DNA of 64,000 bases. It comes from Vicinamibacteria bacterium (lineage in GTDB: Bacteria; Acidobacteriota; Vicinamibacteria; Marinacidobacterales; Marinacidobacteraceae). The stretch is from assembly GCA_963422395.1 (NCBI GenBank), contig OY729431.1, forward strand, positions 576,001-640,000, written 5' to 3'. Shown one piece after another: positions 56,517 through 64,000 of this stretch; the first letter of the stretch is position 1; each line of letters opens with the position of its first letter. The notes under the pieces are model-generated. The model did not search any database. It was not told the origin of the DNA and saw only the letters and a program-made list of their open reading frames with translations. The translations under genes and the position numbers were made by a program.

Positions 56517-56998
56517 CGAGCGAGCCCGAGCAGCGAGAGCGCGAGTCGCAAGAGCCCGAACGACGCGAGTTGTTCGCGATCTACCAGCTCCACGCCGATC
56601 TCGCCGACCGGGTGAGCCAGCGGCGGGAGGGCGCGAACCGGCTGTTCGTGAGTCTCCTGACCGGTCTGCTGGTCTTCGGTGCCGTGTTCCTCCGGTTCGG
56701 GACCGGGGATCTGGAAGCGAATGCAGTGATGGCCTGCTTCGGCATCGTGGGAGCTCTGCTCTCCATCGCCTGGTTCGCCGTCATCCGCTCTTACCGCCAG
56801 CTGAACACCGGCAAGTTCCAGGCGCTCCAGGAACTCGAGGGGAAGCTCGCCTACCCGTTCTTCCGGCGCGAATGGGAGCTGCTCGGCGAAGGCCGGGATC
56901 GGAGCAGGTATTGGAAACTCACGGTGGCGGAGACGCTGCTGCCGATCGTCTTCGGACTGCTCTTCCTCGGAATTCTCCTGTTCATAATCCTCCGGTGA
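56513..56998 (+). CDS. RipA/8xMP-like small membrane effector protein
   Basis: ADRVSQRR..ANR.F, W...I.SYRQLN.GKF..L.ELE..L and F.REW; 3 TM; ATGA-coupled to the TIR remnant. Confidence 0.75.
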   Translation: MTSEPEQRERESQEPERRELFAIYQLHADLADRVSQRREGANRLFVSLLTGLLVFGAVFLRFGTGDLEANAVMACFGIVGALLSIAWFAVIRSYRQLNTGKFQALQELEGKLAYPFFRREWELLGEGRDRSRYWKLTVAETLLPIVFGLLFLGILLFIILR

Positions 56999-57021
56999 TA
57001 AGCAGAAGGAGACCCCTGAAG

Positions 57022-57330
57022 ATGTCCGCGAATTTCGAGACCGATCTGCTCCGTCCGGTGGCGGTCGCGCCGCGCGAGGGTTTTCGCATCTGGTTGCGTT
57101 ACGCCGACGGCGTGGAGGGCGAAGTGGATCTTTCCCACCTCGCCGGGAAAGGCGTTTTCGCCGCCTGGCTCGACCGGACCTTCTTCGAACGGGTCCACCT
57201 CGGCGGCGGATCGGCCATCGCCTGGAGCGATGAAATCGACCTGTGCGCGGATGCACTCTATCTCCGGCTCACCGGGAAACGGCCCCGAGAGATATGGCCC
57301 GGACTGAAGGAACCCGTTCGGAATGCCTGA
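57022..57330 (+). CDS. DUF2442 (DhiA-like) antitoxin
   Basis: IWLRYADGVEGEVDLS, GVF, IAW...IDLCADALY. Confidence 0.85.
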   Translation: MSANFETDLLRPVAVAPREGFRIWLRYADGVEGEVDLSHLAGKGVFAAWLDRTFFERVHLGGGSAIAWSDEIDLCADALYLRLTGKRPREIWPGLKEPVRNA

Positions 57331-57587
57331 AATAAGCCGCTTCTACGGCATCGTGATCCAGATCTTTTGGGACGATCACGGCCCACCGCATTTCCACGCG
57401 AAATACGCTGATTCCGAGGCGCTGTTCGAAATCGAGGACATCTCGATGCTTCAGGGGGGACCTCCCCCGACGCGCCCGTGAGTTGGTCATAGTCTGGGCC
57501 ACGCAACATCGGAGTGCGTTGCAAGAGGCTGGGTGGGCACGGGCGCAACGCCATGAGGCGCCGGGAAAGATCGAGCCGCTCGACTGA
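57323..57587 (+). pseudogene. DUF4160 (DhiT/HicA-like) toxin, +1 frameshift in a G6 run at 57454-57459
   Basis: MPEISRFYGIVI...DHGPPHFHAKY; removing one G restores GDLPRRARELV.VWA...KIEPLD. Confidence 0.85.
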
Positions 57588-57617
57588 GTGTCGGGACGGC
57601 GGGGAAGGGACACGATC

Positions 57618-60600
57618 GTGGGTCGCGCGCTGGATCGGGAGCTGCGCCAGCAACTGGCGAAGGCGGTCCGTTCGGCGCGGAGGACCGCCGAGGCGGGAGC
57701 GCGGGCGGCACTCTCGGCGCTTTCGGTCGAAAGGGCGAAGGCCGATCCGTTCCTCTCCGCCGAAGAAAGACAGCTCCGGCGGCAGCTGCGGGCGCACGGG
57801 CGGCAACTCGGCGACCGGCAGCGAATCGGCAAGGCTGGCGAGGAGCAGGAGATCACCCGCCTGGCGCACGAGGTGGCCTACGAGCACTGGCACCGGATGC
57901 TGTTCGCCTGCTTCCTCGCCGAGAACCAGCTGCTGATCGAACCGGAATCCGGGGTCGCAGTGTCCCTCGACGAGTGCCGGGAGCTGGCGCGGGAGGGCGG
58001 CGAGAATTCCGGGAGCCCCTGGGCGCTCGCCGGGCGGTTCGCCGAAGCGATGCTGCCGCGCATCTTCCGCCCCGGCGATCCCTCGCTCGCGGTGCGGCTT
58101 CCCCCGGAGACCCGGCAGGCGCTCGAGGAGACGCTCGCCGAGCTGCCGGCGGCGGTCTTCCGCGCCGACGACGCGCTCGGCTGGACCTACCAGTTCTGGC
58201 AGGTCGACCGGAAGGACGAGGTGAACCGCAGCGGGAAGAAGATCGGGGCCGACGAGCTGCCGGCGGTCACCCAGCTCTTCACCGAGCCCTACCTGGTGCG
58301 CTTCCTCTTCCACAACACCGTCGGCGCCTGGCGGGCGGGGAAGATCCTCGAAGCGCGGCCCGAGCTCGCGGCGGGCGCCGAGAGCGAGGCCGAGCTCCGC
58401 CGCGCGGTCCGGATCGAGGCGGGAGGCGGCTACGACTTCGAGTACCTGCGCTTCGTCCGCGAGCCGTCCGCGGGCGATAACGGGGGCGAAGACGGGGGCG
58501 TCGGGCGCTGGCGGCCCGCCGCCGGGTCGTTCGGCGAGTGGCCGAGCTCCGCCGCCGAGCTGCGGGTGCTCGATCCCTGCTGCGGCAGCGGGCACTTCCT
58601 GGTCGAGGGCCTCCAGCTGTTCGTCCGGCTGCGGATGGAGGAGGAGGGGCTCGCGCCCGAAGAGGCGATCGGCGCGGTGCTGCGCGAAAACCTCCACGGA
58701 CTGGAGCTCGATCCGCGCTGCGCCCAGCTCGCCGCCTTCGCGGCGGCGTTCGCGGCTTGGAAGCTGGCCGGTAAGTTGGCCGGGAAATCTGCCGGGCGGG
58801 GGATCGAGCTGCCGCCGTTCCGGATCGCCTGCTCGGGGCTCGCCCCGAACGCGACGAAGGCGGAGTGGCTGGCGGTCGCCGAAAAAGCGTCGGCAGCGGC
58901 CGGTTCCGCAACCCGGAAAGACTCCTCCGAGAGACGGGAAATCCTCACCTCGGAGGCGCTCCGGCAGACTCTCGGGGCGCTCCACGACCTCTTCGTCCAG
59001 GGACCGACACTCGGTTCGCTCCTCGATCCGCGCGCCGCCGGCGAGAGCATGTTCGCGGCGCGGTTCGAGGCCGTGCGGCCGCTCCTCGACGCGGTGCTCG
59101 CCGAGAAGGAAGTGGACCCCGAGCGGCGGGAGCGGGCGGCGGCCGCCGCCGGGATGGCGGAAGCGGCCAATCTGCTCACCGCCCGCTACTCGCTGGTGAT
59201 CACGAATGTGCCCTACTTGTCGCGGGGGAAGCAGGACGGCGCGCTCCGCGCTTTCGCCGACGAGCGCCTTTCAGCGGCGAAGGGAGACCTGGCGACGATG
59301 TTCCTCGTCCGCTCGTTCGGCTGGCTCGGCGAAAGCGGGACCGCGGCGGTCGTCTCCCCGCAGAATTGGCTGTTCCTGAAGAGCTACCGGAAACTCCGCG
59401 AGAACCTGCTGACCGACCGGCGCTGGCGGATGGTGGCGCGCCTCGGCGCACATGCCTTCGAAGATTCCGGAGCCTTCACCGCGTTGGTCATCGTCTCCGC
59501 CGATAAAACCCGGGGGGGGGGGGGGGGGGGAGAGAGACTGTCGTTATGGATGTGTCCGCCCCACCGGGCCAGACTCCGATCCTGGCCCCGGAGAAGGCCC
59601 GCCTGCTCCCCAGCTGCCGCATCCATTCGGTGCGGCAAGCCGATCAGCTCAGAAATCCGAACTCTGTCGTCAGCATGGCAGTGTCCAACGAATCAGGACT
59701 ATTGGAATTACACGCATCCGGCCTGGCCGGCATGCTGACCGGTGACACCCCTAGATTCCTCAGCATGTTCTGGGAGTTCGCCGACATCTCGGAGTACTGG
59801 GCGTTCCTGCAATCGACCGTCGGTGAATCCATTCCGTTCGGGGGGCGTTCTGCCCTGGTCCAGTTCGATGGTCCGAATCGGCAGGATGAGCGTCCCTCTC
59901 CCTATGAACGCCTGCACGATTGCTACCGAAGAGGGAACAAGGCTTGGGGAAAGGAGGGCGTATCCGTTAGTTCGATGGGCGATCTCCCCGTCACGCTCTA
60001 CACCGGAGAACGATTCGATCCCAATGTTGGGTTAGTTCTGCCGAAGAATCCCGAGACGCTGCCGGCGGTGTGGTGTTTCTGCGCCTCGCCGGAATACGCC
60101 TGCCTAGTCCGCGAGGTAGACCAGAAACTCAATGTGACGAACGCGACCCTCGTCCAGGTCCCCTTCGATCTGGACCGCTGGAAGCGGGTCGCCGCCGAGC
60201 GCTACCCGAACGGCCTCCCGGAGCCCTATTCCGACGACCCCACCCAGTGGGTCTTCCACGGCCACCCCTGCGGCAGCGTCGTCTGGGACGAGGAGACGAA
60301 GCGGCTCGCCGAAGGTCCCCTCCGCACCGACGAGGCGGTGCTGCAGGTCGCAGCGGCGCGGCTCCTCGGCTACCGCTGGCCTGCGGAACACGACCCGGCG
60401 ATGCGCCTCGCCGAGGAGCAGCGCGCCTGGGTTTCCCGCTGTTCCGACCTCCACGAGTTCGCCGCCGCCGACGGGATCGTCTGCCTCCCCGCCGTGCGGG
60501 GCGAGCCCCGCGCCGAAGAAAGGCTCCGCGCACTCCTCGCCGCCGCCTACGGCGCAGCGTGGTCCTCGACGACCGAACAGCGCCTGCTGCGCGAGGCGGG

Positions 60601-61336
60601 GAGAGACGGCAAACCCGCGGCGAGCCTCGACGCTTGGCTCGAAAAGCACTTCTTCGAAGAGCACTGCCGCCTCTTCCACCACCGCCCCTTCGTCTGGCAC
60701 CTCTGGGACGGCCTCCCGGACGGCTTCTCGGCACTCGTCGCCTACCACCGGCTGGCAGGCCCGGACGGCGAGGGCCGAAGAACGCTCGAAGCGCTGACCC
60801 ACAGCTATCTCGGCGACTGGATCGACCGCCAGCGGGGAGAACTCCGCGAGGAGAGACCCGGTGCCGAAGGCCGGCTCACCGCCGCCCTCGAACTCAAGAC
60901 CCAGCTGGAGCGCATCCTGGAAGGGGAACCGCCGCTCGACCTCTTCGTCCGCTGGAAGCCGCTCCATCGCCAGCCGCTCGGCTGGGACCCGGACCTCGAC
61001 GACGGCGTCCGGCTGAACCTCCGCCCCTTCCTCCGGGCGGAGCTCCGCAAGGGCGGCCGGAGGGGGGCCGGCCTCCTCCGTTGGAAACCGGAACTCCACT
61101 GGAACAAGGACCGCGGCAAGGAACCCCGCACCCTCCGCGCGAAGCGCAGAGGCGAAGCGGGCGAGGAGATCCGCCCCCGCGCCGACTTCCCCTGGTTCTG
61201 GTCCTGCCCCGGAGACGGGAGCGAATCCGAACGCACCGACTTCTTCCCCGGCGGCCCCGCTTTCGACAGCCATCGCTGGAACGACCTCCACTATACGAAC
61301 GCCGTGAAACGCGCCGCCCGCGCCCGCCGCGAGTGA
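57618..61336 (+). CDS. pglX: BREX adenine methyltransferase PglX, out of frame at the G19 tract
   Basis: LGWTYQFW, PAVTQLFTE.Y, LDPCCGSGHF and NVPY; C-terminal half (FHHRPFVWH, WDPDLDDGVRLN, RWNDLHY) is in a +2 frame after 59530. Confidence 0.9.
59512..59530 (+). repeat. G19 homopolymer inside pglX
   Basis: 19 consecutive G; G17 or G20 would restore the frame. Confidence 0.9.
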
Positions 61337-61472
61337 GCGAGCTCCGAGTGACTGTTCCTCTCCCGTCACCGCCCGACCCTTCGACGCCTGGAGCGGACCG
61401 CCGATCAGCGGTCCATCTCTCTCTCGCGTCCTTTTCCTGTCCTGCGCACTTCCAAGCCATGACTTCCCCAGC

Positions 61473-61847
61473 ATGACCTTCTTCCGAAACCCGTCAGAAA
61501 TCTGGCAGCGCGAAGTGCCCGGCGCGCGCTGGTTCAAGACCGATCTCCATGTGCACACGATCGATGACCACGCCGGCAGCAGAGCGAAGGTTCCAACGGA
61601 ACTCTCCGGGATATCCGACCCCGAGGAAATGCTGCAGCGATATGCACGCCTCCTGGCGACCCACAACGCCAATATCGTGGTCAACGGCGATGCGGACATG
61701 GTGATCCTGCTGGAGGCTGACGCCGATCACGGAACCGTTGCTTGCGCAGGGGCCATCGAGATGCCCGAAGTGCGTGACGCTATCGTGCGAACGGTGGATG
61801 GCGGCAGGGCCGCCTTTCCGTTGCGCCGGACGAAGTACGGGTTCTGA
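61473..61847 (+). pseudogene. PHP-ATPase (TrlF/Ppl-like) remnant: N- and C-termini fused by an in-frame deletion
   Basis: GARWFKTDLHVHT (PHP start) joined to ATHNANIVVNGDAD...DGG..AF.LR..KY (ABC-ATPase end) within 124 aa. Confidence 0.8.
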
Positions 61848-61855
61848 GGCGCGTC

Positions 61856-63067
61856 ATGGAGTGGCTCGAAGTCATGAATCACATCGAGGCCGGCGAGAGC
61901 CGTACGGTTGAATTCAAGGAAGGATTCGATACCGGCAAGATCGGACCAGCGGCCTGCGCCTTCGCGAATACCGACGGAGGCGTCGTGATCTGCGGCGTCA
62001 ACGACGCCGGCGCCATCGTCGGCGTGGAGCGCGATCCCGACTCGGTGCACGAGCGGCTGACCGCCTTCCTGGGAAACGGATTCAACTATCCCATGACCGC
62101 TGCCTGTGGCCGTTATCAGGATCCGCAAGGCTGGGTCCACTGGGTTCAGGTACCGAAACAACGGAATCCCGAACCGATGCGATTCCGGGATGTCGCCTGG
62201 GTGCGTCGAGAGCGAAGCAGCGTCCGACCCTCTCCGAGCGAATTGGAGGGACTGAACAATCTGTTCGGATATGTGATGACCGAAGATCAGATCGTGTCCA
62301 GCGCAACCACTGAGGATATCGATGAGAGCTGTTTTCGGAATCACCTCGAACGGCAACGGTTTTCGAAGCGCAGGACGCGCCGACCGAATATCCTGGACGA
62401 CTATCGGAATTTCGATGTAGTGCGGGATCTCGAGAGAAGGCCGACACCGACCCTGTACGGCTTGCTGGCGTTCGGAACGAATCCACAACGGTTTCCGAAC
62501 ATGCGCCATCTACTGGTGCGAAACACCGCCTACGCGGGGATTGGCCGCGCAGCGGGGGTATCCCTGGCCATGGACGCCCGGGGGCGGCTCGCCGAACAGG
62601 TGGAAGGGAGTCTTCACTGGGCGCAGAGCCTGGGGCGGCAGGAATCCTATGGGACGGCGAGGCGGTCGGATCGGTTCGTATTGCCGATCCCCGCGCTGCG
62701 CGAGGCGATCGTGAACGCCGTCATCCACCGCGACTATGCGATCACCGGGACGCCGATCACGGTGGATGTGTTTCGGGATCGAGTCGAGATCGCCAGCCCG
62801 GGAACGCTTCCCAACGGAATGACGCTTTCGAGGCTACGACGCGGCGGCAACATCCGAACCAGAAACGAAACGATGGCGCATTACGCCATCGTGGAGGGAC
62901 TCATGGAATCGCGGGGAATGGGCTGGCCGGTGATCGAGGACGCGATGCACGAGTTCAATGGCACGGATCCCCGGATCGAGGAAGATCGCGAGGGCGCCTG
63001 GGTCCGGATAACTCTGGTTCTAGAACCAGGGAATACCGATGCGGCACATCCGCCCGATGCCGGCTGA
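61856..63067 (+). CDS. AlbA_2 (Schlafen-like) plus HATPase_c_4 domain protein, copy 1
   Basis: GESRTVEFKE, CAFANTDGG...GV.D; ALREAIVNAVIHRDY, EIASPG and RN. Confidence 0.9.
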   Translation: MEWLEVMNHIEAGESRTVEFKEGFDTGKIGPAACAFANTDGGVVICGVNDAGAIVGVERDPDSVHERLTAFLGNGFNYPMTAACGRYQDPQGWVHWVQVPKQRNPEPMRFRDVAWVRRERSSVRPSPSELEGLNNLFGYVMTEDQIVSSATTEDIDESCFRNHLERQRFSKRRTRRPNILDDYRNFDVVRDLERRPTPTLYGLLAFGTNPQRFPNMRHLLVRNTAYAGIGRAAGVSLAMDARGRLAEQVEGSLHWAQSLGRQESYGTARRSDRFVLPIPALREAIVNAVIHRDYAITGTPITVDVFRDRVEIASPGTLPNGMTLSRLRRGGNIRTRNETMAHYAIVEGLMESRGMGWPVIEDAMHEFNGTDPRIEEDREGAWVRITLVLEPGNTDAAHPPDAG

Positions 63068-63193
63068 AGGCGCGTCGCTGCGCCACATCGAGGCGATCAG
63101 TGGCAGGCCCGACGGAAACTCGACCCTTCCTGTGGGCGGAACTGCAGGAAAGGCAGCGATCGAGGATGCCAGCGGGGCGAGGAAAGTGACCTG

Positions 63194-64000
63194 ATGGACT
63201 GGAGCGAAGTGGAACGCCGCATCGCCGCCGGCGAGGACGAGCGCACCGAGTACAAGCGCGATGTATCCGATCTGCGAGCCGTGGGCCGGGCGCTTTGCGC
63301 CTTCGCCAACGGCGACGGAGGTCTGCTGATACTCGGGGTCGATGATTCCGGCGCGGTGGTCGGCACGCCCCAGGATCCCGAGAAGGTGCAAGAACGGCTG
63401 ACCGCTTTCCTCCACAGTGGGCTCGGCAAACCGGTTACCGCCCGCTGCGGGCGCCGGCGGACCGAAGGCGGGTGGGTTCACTGGATCGAAGTCCATCGCC
63501 ATCAGCGGGGCTACGAACCGTTTTCCCACGATGGACGGTTCTGGGTCCGGCGGGGCCGGGCGACGGCGGCGCCCTCCCCAGCGGAACTCCAGGAGCTGCT
63601 GAACGCCTTCGGTCTCGTTCTCACCGAACGGCAGATCGTCCCCTCGGCATCTGTCGAAGACCTCGACTTCAGCGCGGTGCGCTCCTTCCTGAGGGCGCAG
63701 GGGCTCGATACCGACGAGCCGCCGCAGCCGGCGCGCGAGGACGATCTGCTGAACGCCAGCATCGCCGATACGCTGGACGGCACCCTCCGGCCGACGCTCT
63801 ACGGACTCATGGTGTTCGGACGAGACCCGCAGGCATACCCCCACACTCCGAGCCTCTTCGTCCAGTGCGCGGCCTACGGCGGGGCGGACCAGGCCGCCGA
63901 AGTTCTGAGCGCCGGAGAGGGGAAAGGAAGACTGGAGGATCAGGTGAACCGCGCGATGGGCTGGTTCCGCAGCCTGGGCCGCAAGGAGGTGTACGAAGGG
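63194..64000 (+). CDS. AlbA_2 domain protein, copy 2 (runs off the window)
   Basis: MDWSEVERRIAAGEDERTEYKR, CAFANGDGG.LILGVDD and PTLYGL; colinear with copy 1. Confidence 0.88.
   Translation, partial: MDWSEVERRIAAGEDERTEYKRDVSDLRAVGRALCAFANGDGGLLILGVDDSGAVVGTPQDPEKVQERLTAFLHSGLGKPVTARCGRRRTEGGWVHWIEVHRHQRGYEPFSHDGRFWVRRGRATAAPSPAELQELLNAFGLVLTERQIVPSASVEDLDFSAVRSFLRAQGLDTDEPPQPAREDDLLNASIADTLDGTLRPTLYGLMVFGRDPQAYPHTPSLFVQCAAYGGADQAAEVLSAGEGKGRLEDQVNRAMGWFRSLGRKEVYEG

Noticed and set aside
51276-64000. Prophage or integrative element carrying the BREX island
   Set aside because: No integrase, transposase, tRNA or att-like repeat visible in this window

Overview
High-GC (about 70% by eye) bacterial chromosome segment. 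The GWxTD protein, Ccm gene set, GspF/GspG cluster and LVIVD/Ig proteins suggest an Acidobacteria-like organism, possibly host- or sponge-associated (inference). The housekeeping backbone has a fatty-acid oxidation fusion, a split cytochrome c maturation cluster (ccmE-F-H-I-like-x-A-B ... C-D, with a CxxxY-type CcmE), gltA, a bacilliredoxin-tmk-holB operon, smpB, type II secretion/pilin genes and several oxidoreductases. Small selfish or defence modules interrupt it repeatedly: Panacea plus a membrane protein, Fic, RHH-VapC, a decayed AAA-ATPase/DUF4276 pair, an orphan DNA methyltransferase and a large protein with a RelE-like tail. 42-50 kb holds three tandem mosaic Ig-LVIVD propeller paralogues plus a YncE-like propeller. 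51-64 kb is a BREX-type defence island (brxA, brxB, brxC, pglX). It has a palindrome-bearing promoter, a G19 tract that puts pglX out of frame, and embedded accessory genes: a deleted TIR gene with an intact RipA/8xMP-like membrane protein, a DUF2442/DUF4160 pair, a PHP-ATPase remnant and two AlbA_2 proteins. A highly structured, tandemly repeated ~297-bp non-coding element abuts smpB. I saw no rRNA, tRNA, tmRNA or CRISPR array. All family calls come from motif recognition by eye, not database searches.
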